In this document: positions 31,962-42,866 of the stretch, piece by piece
How the letters are laid out: every line of letters starts with the position of its first letter
How positions within the stretch are numbered: the stretch's first letter is position 1
Program-made: the position numbers and the translations under genes
Notes under the pieces: model-generated
The model's database searches: none
The model's input: the letters and a program-made list of their open reading frames with translations, nothing else
What the model was told of the DNA's origin: nothing
Origin: Alphaproteobacteria bacterium
Lineage (GTDB): Bacteria > Pseudomonadota > Alphaproteobacteria > Bin95
Assembly: GCA_964291285.2 (NCBI GenBank)
Contig: OZ219787.1
Coordinates: forward strand, 544,001-608,000
Direction: 5' to 3'
DNA: 64,000 nucleotides

Positions 31962-33317
31962 CTACAGCAACATGGCGGCCGGACACTCGACCAGCGCCTT
32001 GAACACGCCGAGCAGCCGGGCGCCGAGCGCGCCGTCCACCGCGCGGTGGTCGCAGGAGAGCGTGCAGCTCATCACGGTGGCGACCGCGAGCGCGCCCTTC
32101 TTCACGACCGGGCGCTGTTCCCCCGCGCCGACCGCGAGGATTGTCCCTTGCGGCGGGTTGATGACGGCGTCGAATTGCCGGATGCCGAACATACCGAGAT
32201 TGGAGACGCTGGTGGTACCGCCCTGGTATTCCTCCGGCATCAGCTTGCCCTCGCGGGCGCGGGCGGCGAAGTCCGCCATCTCGGTGGAAATCTCGGCGAG
32301 CCCCTTCGCCTCCGCCCGGCGCACGACCGGCGTCACCAGCCCGTTGGGTATCGAGACGGCCACCGACACATCGACCTGCTGGAATTTCAACAAGCCATCT
32401 TCGGTCCAGGCGGCATTGGCGTCCGGCACGCGGCAAAGCGCCGTCGCCAGCGCCTTGATGACGAAATCGTTGACCGAGACCTTGACGCCTTCCGGCGCGC
32501 GCAGATTGATCTCCCGGCGCGCCTCCAGCAGCTCGTCGATCTCGCAATCGACCGTCAGGTAGAAATGCGGGACCGTCTGCTTGGACTCGGTCAGCCGGCG
32601 CGCGATGACCTTGCGCATGTTCGAATGCCTGATGCGCTCGAAGGGCGGCAGGCCCGGCAACCGATCCGGTTCCGCCGGAGCTGAAGGCGCCGCCATGTCC
32701 TGCCGGAGTTCGCGCTCGATGTCCCGCTTGACGATCCGGCCCTCGGGCCCGCTGCCGGCCACGCCTTCCAAGGGAAGCTCGGCCTCGCCCGCCATCCGCC
32801 GCGCCAGCGGGCTTGCAAAAATCCGCCCGCGGACCTCATCCGCCTCGGCCGGAGTTGCCCGCCCCGCGGCCCGGCGCACATCGTCGCGCGTGATCCGGCC
32901 GTGCGCGCCGCTGCCGGTGAGCGTCGAGAGCTCGATGCCGGCGAGAGCGGCCATTCGGCGGGCGAGCGGCGTGGCCTTCACTTCCCCGTCCGGCCGGACG
33001 GGTGCCGCTTCGGCTTCGGGCGACGGAACGGGGGGCGCGGACGGCGCCGCGGCCGTCTCTTCGCCCAGTTTCTCGCCTTCCTCCACCAGCAAGGCGATTA
33101 CGGCGTTGACGGCGACGCCTTCGCTGCCTTCCGGCACCACGATACGCCCGACAATGCCTTCATCGACCGCCTCGACTTCCATCGTCGCCTTGTCGGTCTC
33201 GATCTCGGCGATCACATCGCCCGGCTCCACCCTGTCGCCCTGGCCCACCAGCCACTTGACGAGATTGCCCTCCGTCATCGTCGGCGACAAAGCCGGCATC
33301 AGGATCTCGGTCGCCAT
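31962..33317 (-). CDS. pdhC: Pyruvate dehydrogenase E2 dihydrolipoamide acetyltransferase
   Basis: ETDKATME lipoyl domain, two E3-binding-like repeats, DHRAVDG catalytic motif. Confidence 0.95.
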   Translation of the reverse strand: MATEILMPALSPTMTEGNLVKWLVGQGDRVEPGDVIAEIETDKATMEVEAVDEGIVGRIVVPEGSEGVAVNAVIALLVEEGEKLGEETAAAPSAPPVPSPEAEAAPVRPDGEVKATPLARRMAALAGIELSTLTGSGAHGRITRDDVRRAAGRATPAEADEVRGRIFASPLARRMAGEAELPLEGVAGSGPEGRIVKRDIERELRQDMAAPSAPAEPDRLPGLPPFERIRHSNMRKVIARRLTESKQTVPHFYLTVDCEIDELLEARREINLRAPEGVKVSVNDFVIKALATALCRVPDANAAWTEDGLLKFQQVDVSVAVSIPNGLVTPVVRRAEAKGLAEISTEMADFAARAREGKLMPEEYQGGTTSVSNLGMFGIRQFDAVINPPQGTILAVGAGEQRPVVKKGALAVATVMSCTLSCDHRAVDGALGARLLGVFKALVECPAAMLL

Positions 33318-33331
33318 TCCAGGCCTTCCCT

Positions 33332-34687
33332 TCAGGCGTAGCAGACGGCCCGCGTCGCGGCGGCAATGCGCGCCGCGTCCGGCAGGGCCAGCGCTTCGAG
33401 ATTGGCGGCATAGGGCATCGGCACGTCTTCCCCGGTCACGCGCGCGACCGGGGCGTCCAGCCAGTCGAAGGCGTCCTCCATCGCAATCGCCGCAATCTCC
33501 GAGCCGATACCGGCCACGGGCCAGCCTTCCTCGACGGAGACGATGCGGTTCGTCTTGCGGATGGACGCCGCAACGGTCTCCCGGTCGAGCGGTCGCAGCG
33601 TGCGAAGATCGATGACTTCCGCACCGATGCCTTCCGAGGCCAGCATGTCGGCCGCCTCGAGCGCCGTGGCGCACATGCGCGAGAAGGCCACGATGGTTAC
33701 GTCCCGGCCGGGGCGCAACACTTTCGCGCGGCCGATGGGCACAGTGTAGGCGGGATCGGTGGGCACCTCCCCGCGCTGGCCGTAGAGAATCTCGTTTTCC
33801 AGGAAGATGACCGGGTTCGGGTTCCGGATCGCCGTCTTTAGCAGGCCCTTCGCATCCGCGGCCGAAAACGGCGAGACGACGATCATGCCCGGGACATGCG
33901 CATACCAGCTGGCATAGCATTGCGAATGCTGCGCGGCGACGCGCGAGGCCGCCCCGTTCGGGCCCCGGAAGACGATCGGGCAACCCATCTGGCCGCCGGA
34001 CATGTAGAGCGTCTTCGCGGCTGAATTGACGATCTGATCAATGGCCTGCATGGCGAAGTTGAAGGTCATGAACTCGACCACGGGGCGCAGCCCGCCGAAG
34101 GCCGCGCCGACGCCGAGCCCCGCAAACCCGTGCTCGGTAATCGGCGTGTCGCGGACCCGGCGGGGCCCGAACTCGGCGAGCAGGCCCTGCGTCACCTTGT
34201 AGGCGCCTTCATATTCCGCGACTTCCTCGCCCATCACGAAGACCGACTCGTCGCGGCGCATTTCCTCCGCCATGGCGTCCCGGAGCGCCTCGCGCACGGT
34301 CATCTCCACCGTCTCGCCCCGGTAATCGGCCTCGGGCACAGGCTCCGGTTTCGACGCCTCGCGCCTGGGTTGAGCCGGCGCCGGAAGCGGCGGGTCCGCA
34401 AGCGGGGGCGGCATTTCAGCGACCGGAACGGCGTCCGCGCTTTCGCCCTCGCCTCTCAGCCACAGGATCGTGGCGTTGACCTCGATGCCTTCGGCCCCTT
34501 CCGGAACGGCGAGGCTGGCGACAATGCCTTCGTCCACCGCTTCGACTTCCATCGTCGCCTTGTCGGTCTCGATTTCCGCCAGCACGTCGCCGGGGCTGAC
34601 GCGGTCGCCCTCTGCGACGAGCCATTTGGCAAGCGTTCCTTCCGTCATGGTCGGCGACAATGCCGGCATGGTCACGGCGACAGGCAT
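33332..34687 (-). CDS. pdhB: Pyruvate dehydrogenase E1 beta subunit with N-terminal lipoyl domain
   Basis: [30 protein letters not shown] motifs. Confidence 0.97.
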   Translation of the reverse strand: MPVAVTMPALSPTMTEGTLAKWLVAEGDRVSPGDVLAEIETDKATMEVEAVDEGIVASLAVPEGAEGIEVNATILWLRGEGESADAVPVAEMPPPLADPPLPAPAQPRREASKPEPVPEADYRGETVEMTVREALRDAMAEEMRRDESVFVMGEEVAEYEGAYKVTQGLLAEFGPRRVRDTPITEHGFAGLGVGAAFGGLRPVVEFMTFNFAMQAIDQIVNSAAKTLYMSGGQMGCPIVFRGPNGAASRVAAQHSQCYASWYAHVPGMIVVSPFSAADAKGLLKTAIRNPNPVIFLENEILYGQRGEVPTDPAYTVPIGRAKVLRPGRDVTIVAFSRMCATALEAADMLASEGIGAEVIDLRTLRPLDRETVAASIRKTNRIVSVEEGWPVAGIGSEIAAIAMEDAFDWLDAPVARVTGEDVPMPYAANLEALALPDAARIAAATRAVCYA

Positions 34688-34691
34688 CGCG

Positions 34692-35723
34692 TCATGTCTC
34701 CAGAAGGACGTCGGTATGCAATTCGGAGGGTGCGGGCTCCGGGCTCGCCTCGGCGAACTGCGCGGCGTCAGCGACGACCTCCCTGATCTCGGTGTCGATC
34801 GCCTTCAGCGCGTCCCCGTCCGCATGGCCTTCGCTCTCCAGCACATGGCGCAGCCTCTCGATGGGGTCGCGGTCGCGGCGCATCCGGTTGACCTCTTCGC
34901 GTGTGCGGTATTTCGCGGGGTCCGACATCGAATGCCCGCGATAGCGGTAGGTCTCCATCTCCAGAATGACCGGCTTGCCGCTGCGCGCCTCGGCCACCGC
35001 TTCGCTCGCGGCCGCATGGACGGAGCGCACATCCATGCCGTCCACCAGCCTGCCCGGAATCCCGAAGCCGCCGCCCCGCGCGTGGAGGCCGGACCCGGCC
35101 GCCGCCCGCGAGACTGCCGTGCCCATGCCGTATTTGTTGTTCTCGATCACGAACAGCACCGGCAACTCCCAGAGCGCGGCGAGATTGAGCGACTCATAGA
35201 CCTGCCCCTGGTTGGCCGCCCCGTCGCCGAAATAGACGACCGACACGCCGTCCTCGCCCCTGTAGCAGTGCGAGAAGCCGAGGCCGACGCCGATGGGCAC
35301 CTGCGCGGCGACGATGCCATGCCCGCCGAAGAAGTTCTTCTCCCGCGAGAACATGTGCATGGAGCCGCCCTTGCCGCGCGAATAGCCCCCCTCGCGGCCC
35401 GTGAGCTCCGCCATGACGCCGCGCGCATCCATGCCCGCCGCCAGCATGTGTCCGTGGTCCCGATAGCCGGTGACGACGGAGTCCCGCTCGCCGAGGCAGG
35501 CCTGAATGCCGACGACCACCGCCTCCTGGCCGATATAGAGGTGGCAGAAGCCGCCGATCAGGCCCATGCCGTACATCTGCCCCGCCCGCTCCTCGAAGCG
35601 GCGGATCAGCAGCATGTCCCGATACCAGCGCAGCAGCTGGCCGGAATCCGGGGCCGCGCCGTTGGCGCGCCCGTTCCGCTTCGGCGCTGCGCCGCCCCGT
35701 TTCTTCGACGGCTGCCTGCTCAT
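34692..35723 (-). CDS. pdhA: Pyruvate dehydrogenase E1 alpha subunit
   Basis: [33 protein letters not shown] motifs. Confidence 0.97.
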   Translation of the reverse strand: MSRQPSKKRGGAAPKRNGRANGAAPDSGQLLRWYRDMLLIRRFEERAGQMYGMGLIGGFCHLYIGQEAVVVGIQACLGERDSVVTGYRDHGHMLAAGMDARGVMAELTGREGGYSRGKGGSMHMFSREKNFFGGHGIVAAQVPIGVGLGFSHCYRGEDGVSVVYFGDGAANQGQVYESLNLAALWELPVLFVIENNKYGMGTAVSRAAAGSGLHARGGGFGIPGRLVDGMDVRSVHAAASEAVAEARSGKPVILEMETYRYRGHSMSDPAKYRTREEVNRMRRDRDPIERLRHVLESEGHADGDALKAIDTEIREVVADAAQFAEASPEPAPSELHTDVLLET

Positions 35724-35751
35724 GTCCGGCCTCCGCGTTCCAGGAACCCGT

Positions 35752-36075
35752 TCACCCCGTTTCCGCATCCAGCAGGATGACGATCTCGTCCGGCCGCCCG
35801 ACATGCAGCAGGGCGCGGACATATTCGTCGAGCAGGTCGGCATCGGCCGGGTCCTGCTTGAGCTGGGCGGCGCGCAACTCCAGGCGGTCGCGATGCTGCA
35901 CGAGCACATCGTGCCGGGCCTGGACCTCGGTAATCCTGCGCTCGATCTCCATCAGCGACAGCGCGCCATGCTCTCCCACCAGGGCGTGGTAACCGAAGTA
36001 AACGGCAATGCAGGCAGCCGCCACCGGACCGACCGCCAGCTTCAACAGACGCTGCGTTTCGCTGCGTGTCGACAT
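35752..36075 (-). CDS. ftsB: Septum formation initiator FtsB/DivIC family
   Basis: TM segment YFGYHALVGEHG, coiled coil, DLLDEYVR..PDEIVI; upstream of pdhA as in many Alphaproteobacteria. Confidence 0.8.
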   Translation of the reverse strand: MSTRSETQRLLKLAVGPVAAACIAVYFGYHALVGEHGALSLMEIERRITEVQARHDVLVQHRDRLELRAAQLKQDPADADLLDEYVRALLHVGRPDEIVILLDAETG

Positions 36076-36213
36076 GATGCGGCAAGGAAACACGATGCGC
36101 CCGCCGGGTCAATCCGGAGACGCGCGCGCCTGCGATTTTCTGGCCGGCCCGCGCGATTCATGCTTCCCTCCCCCGCACCTAATGCCCTGTAGCGGTTTTC
36201 GGGAAATGTCCGC

Positions 36214-37224
36214 ATGATCGAGCTCTCGATTTACAGTTCCATCGCCAATCCGCCCCGCGGCGACAACCTCGACCGCTGCATGGCGGAGGCCGTGCGGGAG
36301 GCGGAAGCGGCGGAGGCGGCCGGGTTTGCCGGCTTCTTCGTCGGAGAGCATCACCAGGACAAGGACGGCTTCCTGCCCTCGCCTTTCGTGGTGCTGGCGG
36401 CGGTTGCGGCGCGCACAAGCCGCATCCGCGTCGGGACCGCCGTGCTGCTGCTCCCGCTGCACCACCCGATCCGGGTCGCCGAGGACGCCGCGACGCTCGA
36501 TGTCATCTCCGGCGGGCGAACCGTGCTCGGCGTCGGCCTCGGCTACCAGGACGCGGATTTCCGCGCCGCCGGCGTCGAGAAGCGCGAGCGGGTGCCCCGC
36601 TTCGAGGAGGCCGTGGCGATCCTGCGCCAGGCCTGGACCGGCGAGCCGATCCGGCACCGGGGCCGGTCGTTCGAGATCGACGGCGTGCGCGTGACGCCGT
36701 CCCCATTGCAGAAGCCGGGCATACCGGTCTGGGTCGGGGGATGGGTGCCCGCGGCCGTGGAGCGCGCCGGGAGGCTGGGCGATGCGCTGGTGCTGGGCCC
36801 CTCCTTCACGCTGGAGGAGAACCGGGCGCTGGCGGACCGCTACCGCGCCGCCGCCGAGGCCGCCGGACGGGTGCCGCAACTCGTGCTCATGCGCGACGCC
36901 TGGGTCGCGGACAGCTTCGAGCAGGCAGCACGGATCTACGGCCCGGAAGTCTCCGACGCCTACGGCTATTACTGGCGCAACGGCGCCACCGCCTTCCGCG
37001 GCTTCGCGTCGGAGGCCGAGCTCCGGTTCGAGAATGTCTGGAAGGACCGGATCATCGCCGGCGCGCCGGAAACCTGCATTGCCGAATTCAGGCGCTGGTC
37101 GGAGGCCCTGGGCGTGAACAGCTTCATCCTCCGCCTCCGCCACGCCCATTCCGGCGGCCCGCCGCACCGCGAGATCGTAACGGCCATCGAGCGCTTCGGC
37201 CGCGACGTGATCCCCTATCTGTAG
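36214..37224 (+). CDS. LLM-class flavin-dependent oxidoreductase
   Basis: GEHH, RIRVGTAVLLLPLHHPIRVAEDAATLDVISGGR motif. Confidence 0.88.
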   Translation: MIELSIYSSIANPPRGDNLDRCMAEAVREAEAAEAAGFAGFFVGEHHQDKDGFLPSPFVVLAAVAARTSRIRVGTAVLLLPLHHPIRVAEDAATLDVISGGRTVLGVGLGYQDADFRAAGVEKRERVPRFEEAVAILRQAWTGEPIRHRGRSFEIDGVRVTPSPLQKPGIPVWVGGWVPAAVERAGRLGDALVLGPSFTLEENRALADRYRAAAEAAGRVPQLVLMRDAWVADSFEQAARIYGPEVSDAYGYYWRNGATAFRGFASEAELRFENVWKDRIIAGAPETCIAEFRRWSEALGVNSFILRLRHAHSGGPPHREIVTAIERFGRDVIPYL

Positions 37225-37310
37225 CCGCTCGGGAAAGGCCCGGCCGCCTTGCGCGGCACACGGTCCCCGCCGCATACTGGCGTCCCGGTCAGGGTAGCGA
37301 ATTCAGGGTC

Positions 37311-37838
37311 ATGCTCGACCTGCCGAACCTGCTCAGCCTGTCGAGAATAGCGGCTTTGCCGCCGCTTGCGCTGCTGCTTGCAACGGGCGAGAACTGGTGG
37401 GCGGCGGCGTTGTTCGTCGCCGCAGCCGCAACGGACTTCTTCGACGGCTACCTCGCCCGGCAGCAGGGAAAGGTGACCGCCTTCGGGACCATGATCGACC
37501 CGATCGCGGACAAGGTTCTGGTGAACGGGACGGCGCTGCTGCTGGCGGGCCTGGGCGGTCTCGGGGTCTGGGGCACACTGGCCGCCGCGCTCATTCTCGT
37601 GCGCGAATTCGTCGTGTCCGGCCTGCGCGAAGCGGCAGGCAGCGGCGCGCTGCCGGTCACCCGCATCGCGAAATACAAGTCGGCGGCGCAGATGGCGGCG
37701 CTGACCCTGCTGATCGCCAGCCCCGAACTGCCCCCGGCGACGCATGGGGCCGGCGTCGTGCTGCTTTGGGTCGCCGCCCTGCTCACGCTCTGGACGGGCG
37801 CCGGCTATGTCCGCAAGGCGCTGGGCGCATCCGGATGA
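37311..37838 (+). CDS. pgsA: CDP-diacylglycerol--glycerol-3-phosphate 3-phosphatidyltransferase
   Basis: LPNLLSLSR, TDFFDGYLAR..FGTMIDPIADK, REFVVSGLRE motifs. Confidence 0.9.
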   Translation: MLDLPNLLSLSRIAALPPLALLLATGENWWAAALFVAAAATDFFDGYLARQQGKVTAFGTMIDPIADKVLVNGTALLLAGLGGLGVWGTLAAALILVREFVVSGLREAAGSGALPVTRIAKYKSAAQMAALTLLIASPELPPATHGAGVVLLWVAALLTLWTGAGYVRKALGASG

Positions 37839-38347
37839 AGGCGCTCGGCATTGCAGGCTGGAGCGGCAGCGGCAAGACCACGCTCGTGCTCAGGCTCATC
37901 CCGGCGCTCAGGCAGCGCGGCGTTTCGGTCTCCACCGTCAAGCATGCACACCATAATTTCGACGTGGACAAGCCCGGCAAGGATTCCTGGGAACACCGGC
38001 AGGCGGGCGCCCGGGAAGTGCTGGTGGCGTCCGGCCGGCGCTGGGCGCTGATGCGGGAGTTGCGAGAGGAGGCCGAACCTCCCCTGGCCGAACTGCTCGC
38101 CCGGCTCTCGCCCGTGGACCTCGTGCTGGTCGAGGGCTACAAGCGCGAGCCGCATCCCAAGCTGGTGGTTCACCGAGCGACCGTCGAGGCCGGGGCTCTC
38201 TGGCCGGACGACCCCGATGTCCTTGCGGTCGCATGCGATGGGGAGACCGCGGAGCATGTGCGGGCGGACGGCCTCCCCGCCCTCGACCTTGACGATCCGG
38301 ACGCCATCGCCGATTTCATCGTCGAGCGGCTGGAGTTGCTGGTTTGA
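37835..38347 (+). CDS. mobB: Molybdopterin-guanine dinucleotide biosynthesis protein B
   Basis: GWSGSGKTT, KHAHHNFDVDKPGKDS, VEGYK motifs. Confidence 0.95.
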   Translation: MKALGIAGWSGSGKTTLVLRLIPALRQRGVSVSTVKHAHHNFDVDKPGKDSWEHRQAGAREVLVASGRRWALMRELREEAEPPLAELLARLSPVDLVLVEGYKREPHPKLVVHRATVEAGALWPDDPDVLAVACDGETAEHVRADGLPALDLDDPDAIADFIVERLELLV

Positions 38348-38595
38348 AGATCCTCTATTTCGCCTGGTTGCGCGACAAGGCCGGCATGTCGGAATGGCAG
38401 GTGTCGCCCCCGCCCGGCATCGCCACTGTCGGCGCGCTGATCGACTGGCTGGCGGCGCAGAACCCGAGCCAGGCAGAGGTCTTCGCCGACCGCTCGGTCG
38501 TCCGCGTCGCGGTCAACCAGGACTTCGCCGAAGCCGACACGCCCGTCGGCCCCGGCGACGAGGTGGCCTTCTTTCCCCCCGTTACCGGAGGTTGA
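38344..38595 (+). CDS. moaD: Molybdopterin synthase sulfur carrier subunit
   Basis: ILYFAWLR at the N-terminus, DEVAFFPPVTGG at the C-terminus. Confidence 0.96.
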   Translation: MKILYFAWLRDKAGMSEWQVSPPPGIATVGALIDWLAAQNPSQAEVFADRSVVRVAVNQDFAEADTPVGPGDEVAFFPPVTGG

Positions 38596-38600
38596 CACGG

Positions 38601-39047
38601 ATGATCCGGGTCCAGCGCGAGTCCTTCGATGTCGGGCGCGAGATCGCCGCGCTTACCGCCGGCAACACGCGCATCGGCGGCGTCGCCAGCTTCGTCGGGC
38701 TGGTGCGCGACCTGGGCGGGCTGCGCTCCATGACCCTGGAGCACTATCCCGGCATGACGGAGCGCCAGCTGGAGCTGATCGACGCCGAAGCGCACCGGCG
38801 CTGGCCGCTGGAGGCGTCCCTGATCGTCCACCGCTACGGGCGGCTGGAGCCGGGTGAGCCCATCGTGCTGACGATCACCGCCTCGGCCCACCGCCAGGCC
38901 GCCTTCGACAGCTGCAATTTCCTGATGGATTGGCTCAAGACCGAAGCGCCCTTCTGGAAGCGCGAGGAAGGCGAAGACGGCGAACGCTGGGTCACCGCTC
39001 GCGCCGACGACGATGCAGCGCGCGAGCGCTGGCAGGAGACAGGCTGA
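38601..39047 (+). CDS. moaE: Molybdopterin synthase catalytic subunit
   Basis: [30 protein letters not shown] motifs. Confidence 0.96.
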   Translation: MIRVQRESFDVGREIAALTAGNTRIGGVASFVGLVRDLGGLRSMTLEHYPGMTERQLELIDAEAHRRWPLEASLIVHRYGRLEPGEPIVLTITASAHRQAAFDSCNFLMDWLKTEAPFWKREEGEDGERWVTARADDDAARERWQETG

Positions 39048-39055
39048 CCGTTTCC

Positions 39056-39117
39056 TTCCAATGGCATTTGTATATTGGAATTACTTATTGTATTGATAAT
39101 AATATTGCATTGGAATT
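39056..39117 (+). promoter_or_regulatory. AT-rich regulatory region upstream of catalase
   Basis: IR TTCCAAT-N11-ATTGGAA (39056-39080), DR ATTGGAATT (39074 and 39109), TTGATAATAATATTGCA; conspicuous in a GC-rich background. Confidence 0.6.
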
Positions 39118-39190
39118 GTCGTCGCGCCCCCGGAATCATGCTCGCAACGCTTCGGCGGAACGACATCGATACGAGGAGGCGCAACAGGAA

Positions 39191-40720
39191 ATGCGCGGTT
39201 CCAACGACCTCACCACCGAGTCCGGAGCCCCGGTGGCCGACAACCGGAACAGCCAGAGCGCGGGCCCCGGCGGCCCGCTCCTGCTTCAGGACCGGCATCT
39301 GATCGAGAAGCTCGCCCGCTTCAACCGCGAGCGCATACCGGAACGGGTGGTTCATGCGGTGGGTTCCGGCGCCTGCGGCGTCTTCGAAGTCACCAATCCG
39401 GACGCCGCCCGCTGGACCCGGATGCGCATGTTCGCCAGGGCCGGCAAGCGCACCGAGGTCTTCGTGCGGTTCTCCACATTCGCCGGCTCCAGGGGCGCGG
39501 CCGATACCGTTCGCGACCCGCGTGGTTTCGCCGTCAAGTTCTACACCGAGGACGGCAATTGGGACCTCGCCGGCAACAACACGCCGGTGTTCTTCATCCG
39601 GGACCCGCTGAAATTCCCGGACTTGATACACTCGCAAAAGACCGACCCGCACAGCAACCGGCAGGAAGCAGACAGCGCGTGGGATTTCTTCTCCCATTCG
39701 CCGGAAGCCACGCACCAGTTCACCTGGCTGTTCGGCGACCGGGGCCTGCCGCGCAGCTGGCGGCACATGAACGGCTACGGTTCCCACACCTTCCAGTGGG
39801 TCAACGCCGCCGGCGAGCGCGTCTGGGTGAAGTTCCACTTCAAGACCGACCAGGGCGTCGAGTGCCTCACGGCGGAGGAAGCGGCGCGGATTGCGGGCGA
39901 GGACCCCCGGCATCTGCAGCACGACCTCTACCGGGCCATCGAGCGGGGCAACTACCCGTCATGGACCCTCAAGGTGCAGGTCATGCCGGAGATCGACGCG
40001 GCCGACTACCGGATCGATCCCTTTGACCTCACCAAGGTCTGGCCCCGGAAGGACTATCCCCCGATGGAGGTCGGGCGGATGACGCTCAACCGGCTTCCCG
40101 ACAACTATTTCGCCGAGGTGGAACAGTCGGCCTTCGACCCCGGCCACATGGTGCCGGGCGTGGGGCCAAGCCCGGACAAGATGCTCCAGGCGCGCCTGTT
40201 CGCCTATGGCGATGCCCACCGCTACAGGCTTGGCGTCAACCACACCCGCCTGCCGGTGAACAGCCCGCGCGGCCGGCTCTTCGCCCAGGGAACGAATTAC
40301 GGGCGCGACGGGGCCATGCGCTTCGACGACAATGGCGGCCGGTCAGCGAACTACGAACCGAACAGCTTCGGCGGCCCGGTTGCGACGGGCGAGCCGCTTT
40401 ATGCCGGCATGGAGACCCGCGGCCTCTCCGGCAGCTACCAGCCGGAAATGCGCGGCGTGGACGACTTCATGCAGGCGGGCGACCTGTACCGGCTCATGTC
40501 GGAGGACGAAAAGGACCGTCTCATCGCCGCCATCGCCGAGTCATTGGCGCAGGTGCAGCGCACCGAAATCGGCGACGCCATCGTCTGCCGCTCCCTCGCC
40601 CATTTCCGCCGTGCGGACCGGGAATACGGGCGCCGGGTGGCGGTCGCGGTCAAGGCCAGGCGCGGCGGCGTGCGCACCGCCTGCTTCCGCGCCGGCGAAG
40701 CGGCGAAGGATCAGTCGTAG
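39191..40720 (+). CDS. katA: Monofunctional small-subunit heme catalase
   Basis: [37 protein letters not shown] motifs. Confidence 0.95.
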   Translation: MRGSNDLTTESGAPVADNRNSQSAGPGGPLLLQDRHLIEKLARFNRERIPERVVHAVGSGACGVFEVTNPDAARWTRMRMFARAGKRTEVFVRFSTFAGSRGAADTVRDPRGFAVKFYTEDGNWDLAGNNTPVFFIRDPLKFPDLIHSQKTDPHSNRQEADSAWDFFSHSPEATHQFTWLFGDRGLPRSWRHMNGYGSHTFQWVNAAGERVWVKFHFKTDQGVECLTAEEAARIAGEDPRHLQHDLYRAIERGNYPSWTLKVQVMPEIDAADYRIDPFDLTKVWPRKDYPPMEVGRMTLNRLPDNYFAEVEQSAFDPGHMVPGVGPSPDKMLQARLFAYGDAHRYRLGVNHTRLPVNSPRGRLFAQGTNYGRDGAMRFDDNGGRSANYEPNSFGGPVATGEPLYAGMETRGLSGSYQPEMRGVDDFMQAGDLYRLMSEDEKDRLIAAIAESLAQVQRTEIGDAIVCRSLAHFRRADREYGRRVAVAVKARRGGVRTACFRAGEAAKDQS

Positions 40721-41586
40721 ACGGCGGTGGCGATGGTGCCGAGATTGCCTTCCGGCGTCACGGACCAGAGCGTCTGGCTGGCGCCGTCGCCGCCCGGCTT
40801 GCCGGCGACATGGAAGGGCGCGGTGTCGAACAGCGGCGCCCGGGCCTGGAAATCGTAGCGGGCCACGCGCCGTCCCGGCATCTCAGCCATGCCGAGCTCC
40901 AGCATGTGGGTCGTGGTCAGCGGCCCGTGGACGATCAGGCCCGGATAGCCCTCGACCTCGGTCACATATTTGCGGTCGTAGTGGATGCGGTGGCCGTTGA
41001 ACGTGATCGCCGAATAGCGGAACAGCATCACCGGGTCCGGCTCGATTTCCCGGATGAAGGCGTGGTCGGTCGGGGCATTGCCCGTCCTGCCGCTGTTGCC
41101 GCGGCTGTCGGCGGCTTCGGCCGGCGGGTTGTCGCGATAGACGATGTCGTGCTCTTCCTCGATGCAGAGGCCGCGCGGGCTCTCGATCCCGTAGGCAATG
41201 GTGACGATGACCAGCATGCCGGTGCGCCCGTCCTTGATCGCCACATCCTTGATGCGCGCCTTGCGGACGATCTCCTCGCCGATCAGCACGTCCTGCCGGT
41301 AGGTCGTGCGGCAGCCGCCGAACATGCGCCGGGGCAGCGGCGTCGGCGGCAGGAAGCCGCCGCGCTCGGGGTGGCCGTCCGCGCCGATGCCCGACGCCGG
41401 CACGCGCGGGTAGAAATAGCACCAGTGGCCCATCGGCCCGATGGGGTCGCCCATCTGCGGCACATCCGGCTTGTCGAGCAGCGCGGCGAGGCCGTGGATC
41501 TGCATCGGCGAGGCGAAATCGCGGCTTTCCTCGGTGTTGCCGATGGAATCGCGCAAATATTCCAGGTCCGCGGCAGTGTGGGTCAT
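40711..41586 (-). CDS. Double hot-dog (MaoC-like) acyl-CoA hydratase, itaconyl-/mesaconyl-CoA hydratase family
   Basis: [56 protein letters not shown] motifs. Confidence 0.85.
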   Translation of the reverse strand: MTHTAADLEYLRDSIGNTEESRDFASPMQIHGLAALLDKPDVPQMGDPIGPMGHWCYFYPRVPASGIGADGHPERGGFLPPTPLPRRMFGGCRTTYRQDVLIGEEIVRKARIKDVAIKDGRTGMLVIVTIAYGIESPRGLCIEEEHDIVYRDNPPAEAADSRGNSGRTGNAPTDHAFIREIEPDPVMLFRYSAITFNGHRIHYDRKYVTEVEGYPGLIVHGPLTTTHMLELGMAEMPGRRVARYDFQARAPLFDTAPFHVAGKPGGDGASQTLWSVTPEGNLGTIATAVYD

Positions 41587-42710
41587 GGCGAGAATTCCTC
41601 CCGGATCAGGGCGCCGTGTTCGTCCACCTCCGGGATCGGCCCGTATTCCCGAGGCTCTCCATCGAAATAGACCGCCGGCGCAACATGGCTGACAGGTCCG
41701 CCGGGCGTGCCGACTTCCGCGCGGCGGAGCGCCGGGTGCTCCGACAGGTCGGCCACCGTGTTCACGCTGCCGAACGCGACATCCGCCGCCGCCAGCCGGG
41801 CGCGCAGGGTCTCGCGGTCGAGCGCGCCCAGGATCCCTTCGAGCACCGCCTCGACCTCGTCGCGGTTCTCGACCCGGGCCACCTGGGTGGCGTATTTCGG
41901 CGCGGTCGCCAGGTCCGGTCGCTCCAGCACCGTCCCGGCGAAGCGCCGCCATTCGCGGTCGTTCTGGCAGGCGATCATCACCCGGTGGCCGTCGGAGGTC
42001 TCGAAGGCGCCGTAGGGCACCAGCGCCGGGTGGCGGAGCGCCATGCGCGGCCATGTCCGGCCGGCATATTCGTGCCACATCAGCGGCGCCGACATCCAGT
42101 CCGCCATCGAGGCGAACAGCGAGGCCTTGACCGCGGAGCCCCTGCCGTCGATGCCGCGCTTGATGAGCGCCTCCAGCACGGCGGCATGGCTGAACATGCC
42201 GGTCGCGATATCGCAGGCGGACACGCCGATCCGTCCGGGCTCCGCCTCCGATCCCGTCACCGACGCCACGCCGCTCTCGGCCTGCACCAGCATGTCGTAG
42301 GCCTTCATGCGGTCGTAGGGCGGCCCGGTCTCGCCATAGCCGGAAATATCGACCGTGATGAGGCGCGGATAGCGGGCGCGCAGCTCTGCGGAACCGAAAC
42401 CGGCGCGTTCGGTTGCGCCCGGCGCCAGGTTCTGTACCCAGACATCGGCGGATGCGAGGATGCGGTGGAGCAGCGCGCGGTCGTCCTCATCCTTGATGTC
42501 GATGACGAGCGACTGCTTGCCCCGGTTCAGATAGACGAAATAGGTGGAACTGCCGCGCACATAGTTGTCGTAGCCGCGCGCGAAATCGCCCTCCTTGCGT
42601 TCGAGCTTGATCACGCGCGCGCCGGCGTCCGCCAGCCGCGCCGTCAGGAAGGGCGCGGCGACGGCCTGCTCCAGGCTCACCACCAGCAACCCCTCAAGCG
42701 GTCGGTTCAT
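41583..42710 (-). CDS. Family III (CaiB/BaiF) CoA-transferase
   Basis: VSLEQAVAAP..LADAGARVIKLER..GDFARGYD, LNRGKQS, KAYDMLVQAESG motifs. Confidence 0.92.
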   Translation of the reverse strand: MNRPLEGLLVVSLEQAVAAPFLTARLADAGARVIKLERKEGDFARGYDNYVRGSSTYFVYLNRGKQSLVIDIKDEDDRALLHRILASADVWVQNLAPGATERAGFGSAELRARYPRLITVDISGYGETGPPYDRMKAYDMLVQAESGVASVTGSEAEPGRIGVSACDIATGMFSHAAVLEALIKRGIDGRGSAVKASLFASMADWMSAPLMWHEYAGRTWPRMALRHPALVPYGAFETSDGHRVMIACQNDREWRRFAGTVLERPDLATAPKYATQVARVENRDEVEAVLEGILGALDRETLRARLAAADVAFGSVNTVADLSEHPALRRAEVGTPGGPVSHVAPAVYFDGEPREYGPIPEVDEHGALIREEFSP

Positions 42711-42816
42711 GTCGGCCCCTCCCTACCGGCGCAAACGCAGGATAGGCAGTCCCGCCCCGCCTGCAAACCGGCGCGCAGGCCGCCGGTCCGGCTGCGCCGC
42801 GCCCTGCAACCGATTC

Positions 42817-42844
42817 GCCGCCCCGGACCGCAGTCCGGGGCGGC
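42817..42844. terminator. Perfect 12-bp stem-loop just downstream of HTH copy 2
   Basis: GCCGCCCCGGAC-CGCA-GTCCGGGGCGGC; no clear U-tract. Confidence 0.55.
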
Positions 42845-42866
42845 AAGGAGGTACGGAGCGGACCGG

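Noticed and set aside
33130-34670. Repeated nucleotide segment (..ATCGTCGCCTTGTCGGTCTCGAT..) in the pdh cluster
   Set aside because: Explained by homologous lipoyl domains of PdhB and PdhC, which is normal in Alphaproteobacteria.
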